The notes under the pieces were generated by a model. That model was not told the DNA's origin and made no database searches. It saw nothing but the letters and a program-made list of their open reading frames with translations. Below are positions 19,928-30,923 of a stretch of 64,000 nucleotides of DNA, one piece after another; the first letter of the stretch is position 1, and the number at the start of each line of letters is the position of its first letter. The DNA comes from Methanobacteriota archaeon (lineage in GTDB: Archaea > Halobacteriota > Bog-38 > Methanoflorentales > Methanoflorentaceae). The translations under genes and the position numbers were made by a program. The stretch spans positions 1,216,001 to 1,280,000 of the forward strand of contig OY970393.1 in the NCBI GenBank assembly GCA_963720465.1, in the 5' to 3' direction.

Positions 19928-20728
19928 CTACAGGACCACGCTCTCTGATAATGCGACATGATACTCAAACAATTCTTGCCCCCACGCAATCGCCTCTGTA
20001 TTTTGGCTTGTTAACGTATACGAATAATCAAATGCACCGTCTAAACGATAGAGCGCAAGCGCCATGAACGCGTCAGCGACGACCAGGACAAGTTTGGGAT
20101 TGTCTCTGGTCTCATAAAGCTCAAGGTTCTCGCTGCGTGCCTTGCTCAAACGTTCACGACCGATCTCGTCAATCAAATGGTTCGATACTTCATCGGTGAG
20201 CACGAGCGCCACGTGTTGTTGGCGAGAAAACTGCTCAAGCACGAGTTCGCCAACCTCCTGAATGTAGAACGGGGAAACCAGTTTTACGACTTTACTGTCT
20301 CGAAACAGCTCGACAAAATGGCGCAAAGCTTTAAAAATATCAGTGGGGGTGCCTGCGATGAGTGTAGCGTCGCGTAACGACCCGATCTTGTCAAATAGAT
20401 GATCGGGGATCCCACCCATGTCGTGCTCGAACCAGAATGCTTCATCCCTCATTAGCACCGCCATTGCACCTTGAAAATCGATGACTTTGCGTGCAGCGCT
20501 CCTGCCGACGGGGGTCAACATGTAGTTTCTGTTTGTATCTTGTCGAATGATATGACTCGTTTCAAGCTCTCGCAACGCGTGTACGATCGCGGGAGAGGAG
20601 AGCTTGAGCTCGTCCCGCAGCTCGCGAAGCGATTTCATCCCTTCATTCATCAAGAGGAGGATGTCTTTTCGTTGGTCAGAGCAAACGGCGAGACGTATGA
20701 CCTTGTCTACGTCTAAGGTTTCTTTCAT
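19928..20728 (-). CDS. Winged-helix transcription regulator with DUF1724 (FilR1-middle-like) domain
   Basis: N-terminal wHTH (SDQRKDILLL...YMLTPVG), FW.EHD..GIP, C-terminal AIAWGQELFEY. Confidence 0.85.
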   Translation of the reverse strand: MKETLDVDKVIRLAVCSDQRKDILLLMNEGMKSLRELRDELKLSSPAIVHALRELETSHIIRQDTNRNYMLTPVGRSAARKVIDFQGAMAVLMRDEAFWFEHDMGGIPDHLFDKIGSLRDATLIAGTPTDIFKALRHFVELFRDSKVVKLVSPFYIQEVGELVLEQFSRQQHVALVLTDEVSNHLIDEIGRERLSKARSENLELYETRDNPKLVLVVADAFMALALYRLDGAFDYSYTLTSQNTEAIAWGQELFEYHVALSESVVL

Positions 20729-21140
20729 GTCCGCGTATCTAACTCCCGACGACTGGCTACACCGCCTACGCAATTACCTCGATAGCATTTAGTCTTTGTG
20801 ATCGCGCGACGCTCAGCCTCGTACCGCACGAACGAACCTGCTGTTAAGGAAGATTCGAAAAGAGATTAGCTGAGCCGAGTTACCGCCTGCTATCGCGTCT
20901 TCTCCCGTCACACGATACCAGCGACGTCACAGCCTGTCTCCCGCAGTAGGAACCTTATCTCCTCCGCGACGTACCTCACTGCAGCGTGCGGCGCACCTGT
21001 GTTGATTCGATTCGGCACGGTATCTGCTTGCCTCTCTACACTCAGCTGAGCTTATTAGCTTGACTACAACACAGACGCGAGAGAAGCAACGCAGGATAAG
21101 ATATATCTTCCTTCTGCGCACTTTGAAGGGGAAGCACGTC

Positions 21141-23762
21141 ATGATACGCATATTACTCGCTGTAGATGATCCAGAGCAGGATATTCAGAACCAATTGCAG
21201 CCGATGAACTACGACGTCCTGACCGCGAGCGCCGACGAAGTGACCGAGCGCGTAGATGAGTTACGACCCGACATCATCCTCATGGATGTCAGGTTAGAGG
21301 GAGAGACGGACGGGATCGAAGTTGCTCAACAAATCAAGAGTCGCCACGACATTCCTATCATCTTCATCACCTCCAACGCTGACGAGGCGACGGTGCAGCG
21401 GGCAATTACGGCTGAACCCGACGGTTTTCTCATCAAGCCGCTTGATGCGCTTGAGCTGAGGGCTGCGATCGAAATGGCGATGCGCAGGCACGGGATGAAA
21501 GCAAAGGCGCACGAGAGCGATCGCCGTATTCGTGAGATCACCGAGTCGCTGTCTGAGGTGATATTTGAAACGGATATGGCTGGAAATATCACGTTTGTCA
21601 ACCGTGCAGGGCTGAAAGAGTTCGGCTACACACAAGAGCAGGTCGAAAGAGGGATGACGCTCTATGATATCGTTCCCGCTGACAAACACGAAGAAATACG
21701 CGAATCCATTGCTCAGGCGGTAATTGATGAACCTTCGGAGTGGATAGAGGTCCCTGGGCTGCGGCGCGATGGTAGCACATTCCCGGTCTCTGTACATGCT
21801 TCAGTGATCGTTCGAGAAGGCGTTCCGGTAGGGATACGCGGGATCGCCTTGAACGTTACGGAACAGAAGCGTACTGAAGCGGCTTTAATACGGAGCGAAC
21901 GACGCATCCGCGAGCTCACCGACGCGCTCCCTGTCGTTGTGTATGAAACAGACGCAACTGGTCGCATGAACTTCGTGAATGCGACGGCCTTTGACCTGTT
22001 CGGCTACACGAAAGAGGAATTTGAAGCGGGGATGTCTATATTTCAACTGATCACTCCCGCCGATAGGCGGCGGGCACGCGCGGTGTTTCATCGGAGGATA
22101 AGTAGGGAAGATGTCGGCCAGGTGGAGTACCGCGGACTGCGGAAAAACGGAAGCACGTTGTTTGTTTCAATCCGTTCTGCACTAACGAGGCAAGACGATG
22201 CTGTCGCCGGGCTGCGTGGTATCATCCTCGACATTACCGAGCGCAAGAAAGCGGAGTCGCTCCTTCACGGGGTACAAGAAGAGCTACGACAGCACGCAAC
22301 GATGTTTGATGCGGCGCGCGACGCCATCATGACCTTGGATCCAGAAGGGACCATAACGTACTGGAACCGTGGCGCCCAGCGCTTGTATGGATGGACGAAG
22401 GAAGAGGCGGAAGGTCAAAATGCGAACGCGCTGCTGCGCACAAGGTTCCCTGAATCGCGCGAAGCGCTGTGGCCTAAGCTTATGGAGAGCGGACTGTGGG
22501 AAGGAGAGCTGATCAACGTAACGCGCGATGATGTTCCGGTCGCGGTCACGAGCAGCTGGACCCTGATCAAGGATGAGGGGGGCAATGCGTCCGCTGTTCT
22601 AGAAATAAGCAGTGACATCACCGAGCGCAAGAGAGCGGAGGCGGCACTCGCAGAATCTGAAGCAAAACTGCGCATCACCTTCGCAACTATGGCAGACGGA
22701 ATGGTGATCGCGGCGTTGGACGAGACGGTTACCGATTGCAATGAAGCTGTCTTACGTCTCACCCAGCGATCACGGGAAGAGATAATAGGAAAGCCGTTCG
22801 AGGATCTCCTCCCTCCTGAGTTTCGTTCGCTGATCCCCGATGCACGTAAGTTCCTCGTCGGAGCTGTCCTCGCGAGAACAGCGCCTAGCCGTGGGAAAAA
22901 AGAAACCGTCCGCACTGACTCGCAACTGCTCCGGAAAAATGGAGAAAGGGTCGACATAGAAGCAAATATCTCCACGATTGAAGATGCCTCGGGGCAACCA
23001 GCTGAATTTCTCATAGTCGCGCGAGACGTCACTGAGCGCAAGCAAATGGAGTTCCGACTCGACAGTTCACTCGCTGACCTCCAACGATCTAACGCTGAAC
23101 TAGAACAGTTTGCGTACGTCACGTCACACGACCTGCAAGAACCACTGCGAATGATAACGAGTTACATTCAAATAATTGAGGAGGACTACAAAGGAAAACT
23201 TGACGCTGATGCTGACCAATACATCGCATTTGCCGTCGAAGGCGCAAAACGAATGCACACGCTCGTAAATGACCTTTTGGCGTATTCGCGTGTGGGCACG
23301 CGGGGGGAGCCGTTCATGCCAATCAGTTTAAATAACGTCCTTTCCGCAGCGACTGCGAATCTTGACGTTGCGATAGAAGAGAGCCACGCAGTGGTTACGC
23401 ACGATCGATTGCCAACCGTGCTCGGCGACGAGTCCCAGCTTATTCAGCTTTTCCAGAACCTGTTAGGCAATGCGATAAAGTTTCAGAGCGCTGCTCCTCC
23501 GATCATTCACGTAGGCGTAGAGCAGACGAAAGATGGCTGGGAATTTTCGGTGCACGACAATGGGATCGGTATTGACATGAAATACGCAGAACGGATTTTT
23601 TCCGTATTTCAACGCCTCCACGCGCGTGAAGAGTACCCGGGAACGGGTATCGGACTTGCTGTCGTCAAGAAGATAGTTGAACGTCACGGGGGACGCATAT
23701 GGGTCGAATCAGAGCCAGCAAACGGCTCGACGTTTTACTTTACGCTTCCAAAGGGGGAATAG
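21141..23762 (+). CDS. Hybrid sensor histidine kinase REC-(PAS)x4-HisKA-HATPase (Cph1/FilI-type kinase core)
   Basis: REC, four PAS/PAC repeats, FAYVTSHDLQEPLR, NAIKF, DNGIG, GTGIGL. Confidence 0.93.
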   Translation: MIRILLAVDDPEQDIQNQLQPMNYDVLTASADEVTERVDELRPDIILMDVRLEGETDGIEVAQQIKSRHDIPIIFITSNADEATVQRAITAEPDGFLIKPLDALELRAAIEMAMRRHGMKAKAHESDRRIREITESLSEVIFETDMAGNITFVNRAGLKEFGYTQEQVERGMTLYDIVPADKHEEIRESIAQAVIDEPSEWIEVPGLRRDGSTFPVSVHASVIVREGVPVGIRGIALNVTEQKRTEAALIRSERRIRELTDALPVVVYETDATGRMNFVNATAFDLFGYTKEEFEAGMSIFQLITPADRRRARAVFHRRISREDVGQVEYRGLRKNGSTLFVSIRSALTRQDDAVAGLRGIILDITERKKAESLLHGVQEELRQHATMFDAARDAIMTLDPEGTITYWNRGAQRLYGWTKEEAEGQNANALLRTRFPESREALWPKLMESGLWEGELINVTRDDVPVAVTSSWTLIKDEGGNASAVLEISSDITERKRAEAALAESEAKLRITFATMADGMVIAALDETVTDCNEAVLRLTQRSREEIIGKPFEDLLPPEFRSLIPDARKFLVGAVLARTAPSRGKKETVRTDSQLLRKNGERVDIEANISTIEDASGQPAEFLIVARDVTERKQMEFRLDSSLADLQRSNAELEQFAYVTSHDLQEPLRMITSYIQIIEEDYKGKLDADADQYIAFAVEGAKRMHTLVNDLLAYSRVGTRGEPFMPISLNNVLSAATANLDVAIEESHAVVTHDRLPTVLGDESQLIQLFQNLLGNAIKFQSAAPPIIHVGVEQTKDGWEFSVHDNGIGIDMKYAERIFSVFQRLHAREEYPGTGIGLAVVKKIVERHGGRIWVESEPANGSTFYFTLPKGE

Positions 23763-23768
23763 TACGGT

Positions 23769-24219
23769 ATGAGCGAGCCAAATAGTGTGAATTACATAGA
23801 AATCTTGTTGGTGGAGGACAATCAAGGCGACGTCGTTCTGACCAAACGCGCTCTCAAGTCCGGCAAAGTGCTCCATAACCTGCACGTCGCAAATGACGGA
23901 GAAGCCGCACTTGCCTTTTTGCACGACGTGGAATATGGGCAGGCTCCGCGCCCAGATCTGATCTTGCTCGACCTTAACCTGCCAAAGGTGAACGGTCGCG
24001 AGGTGCTGAAAAAGATCAAATCCAACGAAGCGCTTGCGAGCATCCCAGTCGTCGTGTTGACGACGTCCAAAGCTGACGAGGACATCATGAAAACATACGA
24101 ATTACACGCCAACAGCTTCATCACCAAGCCGGTTGACTGGCCACAATTCATGAATGTGATACGGCGTATCGAAGAGGTACTGGTTCACGGTTGTGAAGCT
24201 CCCGCTGCGGGAGGACTGA
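23769..24219 (+). CDS. Rcp1-type response regulator; an extra G near 24177 fuses it to the next gene in the ORF track
   Basis: ILLVEDN, PDLILLDLNLPK, VVLTTS, ANSFITKP; the canonical end YWFTVVKLP(LRED*) is in the +1 frame. Confidence 0.8.
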
Positions 24220-24221
24220 GA

Positions 24222-25379
24222 ATGTACGCGCGTGATCGAGCGCTTAACGTCCTCCTCGTCGAGGACAACCCTGGCGATGCGCTCCTCATAAAACGGCTTC
24301 TGACTAAGTCATCCGCGACAAAGCACGCGCTTGACGCAGTGAATCGTCTCAATGCCGGGATAGAACGGTGCGACCAGGGGGGTTTCGACGTTGTGCTCCT
24401 CGATCTGGGTCTTCCTGATAGCCAGGGCTTCGCCACCGTCGCGACGATGCGCGCGGCAGTTCCGCACATGCCGATCATCGTGCTGACTGGTCTCGACGAT
24501 CTGGAATTGGCGGTACAAGCGGTGCGTGAAGGTGCGCAGGATTATCTCGTGAAAGGCACGGCGACGGTAGATACTCTGGAACGCGCTATGTACTATGCCA
24601 TCGAGCGCAAAAACCTTGAAGAGCAGCTTACGCAGTATTCTGAGCACCTTGAAGAGCTGGTGGAGCAAAAAACGGCTGAACTTAAGCGAGCGGAACGCTT
24701 GGCGGCTATCGGGCAAATGGCGGCAATGGTCGGACACGATCTCCGCAGCCCTTTGCAGGCCATTCTTAACACTATTTACCTCGAGAAAAAACAGGTCGAC
24801 TCGCTAGAAGGATGCCTCGCGCCTAGTGAGGGCCCTAAGGCACAGCAGCTCCACGACGGCTTGAACAAGATAGGCGAGCACGTTGCTTACATGAGCTCCA
24901 TGGTAACCGATCTGCTCGACTTTGCTCGGACGCCGAACCCGAAAATCACTCGAACAAGCACGAAACAACTCGTCGACGATGCCCTTCGTCGCGTTGTAGC
25001 ACCCAATAACGTTGCGATCGAGAAGAGGCTTGATCCTGGTCTACGCGATCTCGATATCGATCCGTTCCTTATGCAGCGGGCGCTGACAAACATTATTGGG
25101 AACGCGTTGCAAGCAATGCCGGACGGCGGCAGCCTGAGCATAATGACCAAGAAAAACGGACAGAGCGCCTCCATAAGCATAGCCGATACAGGAACGGGCA
25201 TACCGCCGGAAAACATAAGTAAGCTCTTCGAGCCGCTGTTCACCACAAAATCACGAGGTGTGGGGCTCGGCTTAGCCATCGTGAAGTCCATGATTGAAGC
25301 TCACGGCGGGACCATTACCGTTGAGAGTGACGTCGGCCGAGGTTCGACGTTCTGCATCACCCTACCGCTTCGCGGCTGA
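24222..25379 (+). CDS. Hybrid REC-histidine kinase
   Basis: GGAGGA SD before ATG 24222; REC LLDLGLPDSQG, GHDLRSPL, NALQA, DTGTG, GVGLGL. Confidence 0.88.
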   Translation: MYARDRALNVLLVEDNPGDALLIKRLLTKSSATKHALDAVNRLNAGIERCDQGGFDVVLLDLGLPDSQGFATVATMRAAVPHMPIIVLTGLDDLELAVQAVREGAQDYLVKGTATVDTLERAMYYAIERKNLEEQLTQYSEHLEELVEQKTAELKRAERLAAIGQMAAMVGHDLRSPLQAILNTIYLEKKQVDSLEGCLAPSEGPKAQQLHDGLNKIGEHVAYMSSMVTDLLDFARTPNPKITRTSTKQLVDDALRRVVAPNNVAIEKRLDPGLRDLDIDPFLMQRALTNIIGNALQAMPDGGSLSIMTKKNGQSASISIADTGTGIPPENISKLFEPLFTTKSRGVGLGLAIVKSMIEAHGGTITVESDVGRGSTFCITLPLRG

Positions 25380-25585
25380 GGTCTGCAGATAGCGACGACC
25401 TTGTTGTTCAAAGGCGGCTACAGGCGGGTCGTCCAAGTGTCACGGACATCGCGAGTAATGCTAGCGCCTCGCGAAGGATGGATGGATGCTCCGCGTGTCA
25501 CGGGCTACGTGCCTCCACAGCTTCGTCCTCAAGGCGAAGGTTGTTTAAGTTGGGAACGAACCAGCATAATCTGGACGTTTAGAGC

Positions 25586-26704
25586 ATGGCTGCAATTCTG
25601 GTAGTTGAAGAAGAGGCGGTTATCGCGCACGACCTCGCACGACTGATACGACACATGGGCTATACCGTTGATACTGTCTGTTCAGGCGAAGATGCGCTAC
25701 GTACAGCCGAAGGGAAACCTCCCGACCTCGTCATCATCGATATTAGCCTTCCAGGACAATTAAACGGAATTGAAACTGCAATCGTCCTGAAGGAGGTGCT
25801 TGCGGTACCTTTCATCTACGTAGCCGCACGCGGCGATGCAGCCACGATGGACCGCGCCACGGCCACCAGACCATTCGGCTACATCTTGAAGCCATTCGAG
25901 GATGCCGAGGTCTACAGCGCCGTTGAAATAGCACTGTATCTGCACGGGACTGAGCAAGAGCTAAGACGGCGCGCCGAACATTTGGAGGGACTCCTAGAAG
26001 AAGAGGGCTTGCAACTTGGAGAGACAGAGCGCTTGGCTGCTATTGGAGAGACCGCAACGCTCGTGGGACACGACCTTCGCAATCCGCTGCAAGTGCTCAT
26101 GAACCTAACCTTTAGCATGAAAAAGGCGTTCAACGCGATCCCTTCGCCCTTTACGAACGGCGAGTACCAGCAGAAGGCTTTAGATTTTTGTGCCGGCGTC
26201 GAAAAGCAGATCCTTTACATGGATAAGATCGTCTCCAATTTGCAGGATTACGCGCAGCGCCCTATTAAGCGAAACATTCTCGTTAACGAATTGATTTCCG
26301 ATGCGCTCTCCAGAGTCTTTGTGCCCGATAATGTCACTGTCTGCGTAGACGTCGATCCTGACATCGAAAGGCTTAACGGAGATCCCTTGCTCTTATCGCG
26401 CGTTTTTGCAAACCTGATTCAAAATGCCGTCCAAGCGATGCCACGCGGTGGACAGGTGGCAATTAGCGCAAGAAAATTGGCAAGAGAGCTCGCGATAAGT
26501 GTGGCAGACGAAGGAACGGGTATACCTGAAGAAGATCTCAAATCCATATTTCGGCCACTTACCACGAACAAAGCGCAAGGAATGGGATTTGGACTGGCCG
26601 TTTGTGACAAAACCGTCAAGCAGCACGGCGGACGCGTTGAAGTGGACAGCACCGTCGGCCAAGGGTCCACGTTTACCGTGCTTCTTCCCTTGGATACCAA
26701 ATGA
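25586..26704 (+). CDS. Hybrid REC-histidine kinase
   Basis: REC (IIDISLPG, ILKPF), GHDLRNPL, NAVQA, DEGTG. Confidence 0.9.
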   Translation: MAAILVVEEEAVIAHDLARLIRHMGYTVDTVCSGEDALRTAEGKPPDLVIIDISLPGQLNGIETAIVLKEVLAVPFIYVAARGDAATMDRATATRPFGYILKPFEDAEVYSAVEIALYLHGTEQELRRRAEHLEGLLEEEGLQLGETERLAAIGETATLVGHDLRNPLQVLMNLTFSMKKAFNAIPSPFTNGEYQQKALDFCAGVEKQILYMDKIVSNLQDYAQRPIKRNILVNELISDALSRVFVPDNVTVCVDVDPDIERLNGDPLLLSRVFANLIQNAVQAMPRGGQVAISARKLARELAISVADEGTGIPEEDLKSIFRPLTTNKAQGMGFGLAVCDKTVKQHGGRVEVDSTVGQGSTFTVLLPLDTK

Positions 26705-27105
26705 TCAGGGCGCCTGAGCAAAAAGAGCATATTGGCCATAGATGATAATTATGTCATCTCGATGAGCTTCTCAGAGATCCTGAGAATCACGGCTTTCACG
26801 TGAAAACGGCCGCGACGGAAGAGAGGCGCTTGAGAGAGATCCGCGCAGAACGGCACCAGTTCATTAGATCGAAAAAAGAAACGTAAATTCTTTCCATCGT
26901 GGCATAGTGGGATTAACGAGCGACGCAGCAACAAAACGCAACGCATATGTACGCCGATAGCGAGCTATATGCGACTTGCCTGAGCTGGTTAACGGCAGGC
27001 TCTCAGATCAGGCAGATACGACGTAAGTCGCAACGAGAATACACATCCAAGCCTATTGGAGACTATCGTAACGCACTCATTGGGCATCGGTAAGATTCTT
27101 GGCCG

Positions 27106-27612
27106 ATGGGATTCTTGATTATAGTGCAACAGGCAGGCGATACCATCCAAAAGAACACCGTGCTCATTGTTGACGACGATCAGGCCATTCTCGAGAGTTC
27201 CAAAGCCATCGTCGAGAGCGCAGGCTATGCCGTGCAAACAGCAGAAACCGCGCGAGATGCCATTCGCAAGGCAAAAAGTGACTGGTTTGACATCGCGCTC
27301 TTGGACATAGAACTTCCTGACATGACCGGCACCGAGCTGCTTGAGCGGCTCCAGGAGATCAAGCCGCGGATGATTAAGATCATGGTGACTGGGTCCGCGA
27401 GTTTGGATAACGCTATTCAATGTGTTAATTTGGCCGCAAACGCCTACGTCGTTAAGCCTTTTAATCCGGCTGATTTGTTACAGGTAATAGAGGAGAAGCT
27501 AAAAGAACGACGTGCCGCTGAAAGAGTCGATGAGAATAAAGTGACCGACTTTATAGAAGAACGACTTCAAAAGCTAGAAACGTTGCATTCATTCGAACGA
27601 AACGATAAATGA
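27106..27612 (+). CDS. Response regulator (REC + C-terminal helix), paralog of 19508..19873
   Basis: VLIVDDD, LLDIELPDMTG, IMVTG, VVKPF. Confidence 0.9.
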   Translation: MGFLIIVQQAGDTIQKNTVLIVDDDQAILESSKAIVESAGYAVQTAETARDAIRKAKSDWFDIALLDIELPDMTGTELLERLQEIKPRMIKIMVTGSASLDNAIQCVNLAANAYVVKPFNPADLLQVIEEKLKERRAAERVDENKVTDFIEERLQKLETLHSFERNDK

Positions 27613-27686
27613 ATGTATCCTTCTAAAAAACCGGCCTCTCAGCGCTAACGGACGGGTTACCGTAAGGATTCCACGGAGCTCGCACG

Positions 27687-29606
27687 ATGGCAATCACCCG
27701 AGATTATCTTGTTGCTTTGCTAGCAGAGTATGGAATCGAAGACGAAACCATCCTTAATGCCGACATCAGCGCCGAAAGTCTTATTTTTGAACTAAATCGC
27801 CGCAAGATCACTGTGCCTGAACCTTTTTTCAAAGCGTTAGCGGAAACCCTACACCTCGCATTTATCCCAAAGGAGCAAATCTTAAGCAAGAGTTACTTGG
27901 CCCCCGGGTTGCCGTATGCGGTAATGAAAGAGAATTTGATGTTTTTACTAAAACTCTCGCGCGAGGGGGCGGAGCTCGTCACAGCAAATCCCCTCAATAC
28001 CACTTTTTTTGCAAAGCTCGAAAATATTTTTAGAGTGCCTATTACGATACATGTGACGTCAATCGATGCTATTGAAGAGGCTATTGAGCAAGGGTACACA
28101 GAGCTACACGCAGAAAGAGCGCTGGATGAATTACGGGAAAGAGCACCCGATGAATCTGCATACCGTGTCCTGTACCCTTGGCAGCAATACGGTATTATCA
28201 TCGTCTTAGTCGCCTTTCTTCTGTTGTTTGTAGTAAATTATCCGGTGTCACTTATTCTACTTTTTGGCGTGATAAACGTCGTATATTTCGGGCTAAATCT
28301 GTTCAAGTTTTGTGTATCGTTCCTCGGATTCCAAGGCTCACGATCAGAGGTGACCATACGAACTGAAGACATTAAGAAGCTTGATGACGTTGCGTGCCCC
28401 GTATTCACCCTATTTGTGCCGGTGTACGGTGATGCAGAGATGCTCCCGCATTTAATAAGGAATCTACATCGGTTAGATTACCCTAAAGATAAACTCGACA
28501 TAAAGATTTTGATGGAAGAAAAGGATGATGAAACGCTCGGTGCAGCCCGCAAATTGGGTCTATTTGGCGAGCCAGAGATGGTTCTAGAATCAATGAGCTC
28601 CGACGAGTACCGAGAGTTCCTCAAGCCATTTGAACCAATCATTGTTCCAGATGCTGATATTCACACAAAACCCCGTGCCTGCAATTATGGCCTACAAAGG
28701 GCACGAGGCGAATTCTGTGTTATATTTGATGCTGAAGACGATCCCGATCCCGATCAATTAAAGAAAGCTGTGTTGGCCTTTTCTCACGTTGATCAGGATT
28801 GTGTGTGCCTGCAATCTCGCTTGAATTTCTATAATCCAAAGGATAACGTGCTCACGCGCTGGTTCACTTTAGAATACTCATATTGGTATGATTTCTACCT
28901 TCACGGGGTAGAACGAATCGGGGCACCGATCCCGCTTGGAGGAACAAGCAACCACTTCAGAACCAAAGCGCTCCGCGACTTAGGTGGATGGGATCCGTAT
29001 AACGTCACAGAAGATGCCGATCTCGGCATACGGATCGCACGAAAGAAACTCAGAACGTCCATGCTAGACAGTTACACCTATGAAGAGGCGAACACAAAGT
29101 GGTGGAACTGGATCCGACAGCGATCTCGCTGGATTAAGGGGTATATTCAGACATATCTCGTGCATATGCGCCATCCACGTGAGTTACGTGCAGACTTAGG
29201 ATGGCGCAAATTTGCCCTCTTTCAACTCACACTCGGGAGTAGTGCTTTTGTCGTCCTCATCAATCCCATACTATGGCTGACGACGGTTCTAGCGATCTTG
29301 ATTCCAGGCATCTTCCCCTCCCTATTCTATTATCCACTAGCGTACGTATGTCTCTTCAACTTGATTATCGGTAATGCTTTTTTTATTATCACACAGGTAA
29401 TTGCTACGGTGAAAGAACGGGAGTACTCGCTCATTCCATTTGCGCTGATTGTCCCTATATATTGGGCCTTGATGAGCATAGCGGGTTGGAAAGGTGCTAT
29501 GCAACTCCTCACAAAACCATTTTACTGGGAAAAGACACAGCACGGGATTAGTAAGTCGGACCGGCAAGAACGCCTAACAGAGGAGGCGCACGTTTCAGTG
29601 GATTGA
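27687..29606 (+). CDS. Processive membrane GT2 synthase with N-terminal T2SSE_N/MshEN-like domain
   Basis: ALAE.L.L.F...TANP.N N-domain; LDYP, TKPRACNYGL, FDAED, GGTSNHFR, NVTEDADLG, RQRSRW, FYWEKT.HG; A/T-richer than the flanks. Confidence 0.88.
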   Translation: MAITRDYLVALLAEYGIEDETILNADISAESLIFELNRRKITVPEPFFKALAETLHLAFIPKEQILSKSYLAPGLPYAVMKENLMFLLKLSREGAELVTANPLNTTFFAKLENIFRVPITIHVTSIDAIEEAIEQGYTELHAERALDELRERAPDESAYRVLYPWQQYGIIIVLVAFLLLFVVNYPVSLILLFGVINVVYFGLNLFKFCVSFLGFQGSRSEVTIRTEDIKKLDDVACPVFTLFVPVYGDAEMLPHLIRNLHRLDYPKDKLDIKILMEEKDDETLGAARKLGLFGEPEMVLESMSSDEYREFLKPFEPIIVPDADIHTKPRACNYGLQRARGEFCVIFDAEDDPDPDQLKKAVLAFSHVDQDCVCLQSRLNFYNPKDNVLTRWFTLEYSYWYDFYLHGVERIGAPIPLGGTSNHFRTKALRDLGGWDPYNVTEDADLGIRIARKKLRTSMLDSYTYEEANTKWWNWIRQRSRWIKGYIQTYLVHMRHPRELRADLGWRKFALFQLTLGSSAFVVLINPILWLTTVLAILIPGIFPSLFYYPLAYVCLFNLIIGNAFFIITQVIATVKEREYSLIPFALIVPIYWALMSIAGWKGAMQLLTKPFYWEKTQHGISKSDRQERLTEEAHVSVD

Positions 29607-29700
29607 TTCCATTTTGAAGTTTCACGAGCGAATGAACCCAGTTAACCATCTCTTAGTAGACGATTGTCGAAGTTGATAAGGAACAGAGATGTCCGATCTT

Positions 29701-29877
29701 TCAACGCAGCAGTTGCTCAACCGGCGCTGTCCGGAATACACGCGTCATGGACGCGATCACGCATCCCACGTGGCACAACTTTAACGATTCTTCGATGGCC
29801 AGCTCCAGCGCATTATTGAAGAGGCCGTGAGTCGCTGCCAGTTCATCGTTCCAACTCCCACGCTCCGGATTGTTCAT
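29701..29877 (-). CDS. Possible small hypothetical protein (58 aa)
   Basis: MNNPERGSWNDELAATHGLFNNALELAIEESLKLCHVGCVIASMTRVFRTAPVEQLLR; no clear SD. Confidence 0.3.
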   Translation of the reverse strand: MNNPERGSWNDELAATHGLFNNALELAIEESLKLCHVGCVIASMTRVFRTAPVEQLLR

Positions 29878-30079
29878 TGGATTGAGCGACAGTTACAAGA
29901 TTCTCACTCTTCTCATTACGCATGAAGCGGGACTAGAAGGGCGGGAGGGCTTCTCGAAACTTGGGTACTCCCCACGGTTCACCAACCACTCCGATACAAG
30001 CTCAAAGCGCGGAATGTGGCAAAGAGCGGCAAGGTTAAAGAGCCATCGTTGTGCCATTTGCTTTGAGGATGATGGCAGC

Positions 30080-30565
30080 ATGGTTAACGTGTTAGTGGTT
30101 TACTATTCGCGCACAGGAAATACCAGAACAATGGCAGAAATAATAGCCGACGCGGCGGACGAAGACGGCGCTGTGGTCAGACTTAAAGAGGTGGCCGATG
30201 CGTCAAATGACGACCTTGTTTGGGCTGATGGCATCGTTATCGGCTCACCCGTCTACTTCGGCCTCCCGGCAAGCGAGATCAAGAAGTTCATCGAAGACTC
30301 GATCAGTGTCAGGAGGCAATTGGAAAACAAGGTCGGCGCTGCTTTTGTCAGCTCGGGACACCGTGCAGGAGGGAGGGAAACCACCGTTATGGCACTCCTC
30401 CAGGCGTTCATCGTGCACGGCATGGTCGTATGCGGCGACCCGATCTCCTGCGGGGGGCACTTTGGCGCTGTTGCTACCGGAGCGCCTGACGATCAGGCCT
30501 CGCAGGAGTGCAGGGGTTTGGCGAAAAAAGTGGTACTGCTTGCCACGAAATTGCAAAGCGGGTAA
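30080..30565 (+). CDS. WrbA-like flavodoxin family protein
   Basis: YYSRTGNT, GSPVYFG, GGRETT, GHFGA. Confidence 0.9.
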   Translation: MVNVLVVYYSRTGNTRTMAEIIADAADEDGAVVRLKEVADASNDDLVWADGIVIGSPVYFGLPASEIKKFIEDSISVRRQLENKVGAAFVSSGHRAGGRETTVMALLQAFIVHGMVVCGDPISCGGHFGAVATGAPDDQASQECRGLAKKVVLLATKLQSG

Positions 30566-30761
30566 CGCGCGTTCGAGTGCAATGAGGGTGTCTTAAACGT
30601 CCACACGTCAGCTCTCGCACAAAAAAGGACTCACGACGCGGCATAGCTAAGATATCCGCTTCAGCTCGTTCAGGTTTCCAAAACGTTTTATAACGGCAGC
30701 GCCAACTCTCCCTGTCGGAGCGCCTGTCGAAAGCGATAGGCGACGGCGAGAGGTGTGTGAC

Positions 30762-30923
30762 ATGAAAATGCTTACCAAGTTGGTCGCGATCATACTGCTG
30801 CTCATTTCGGTGATATTCAGCGCGTACCACCAAGTAGCTCACGGGGTGAGTTCCCTTGAGAGTGCGGGCATCGTTTTGCAGCTTATCGTGATCGTCCTTC
30901 TGATTGTTGATAAGCGGGCATAG
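30762..30923 (+). CDS. Small two-TM membrane protein (53 aa)
   Basis: TTTTATAA box near 30686, GAGGTG SD; MKMLTKLVAIILLLISVIFSAYHQVAHGVSSLESAGIVLQLIVIVLLIVDKRA. Confidence 0.65.
   Translation: MKMLTKLVAIILLLISVIFSAYHQVAHGVSSLESAGIVLQLIVIVLLIVDKRA

Noticed and set aside
23769-25379. Apparent novel REC-REC-kinase fusion (536 aa)
   Set aside because: The Rcp1-type C-terminus YWFTVVKLP and its stop are in the +1 frame, and the second gene has its own SD/ATG; one extra G explains the fusion.
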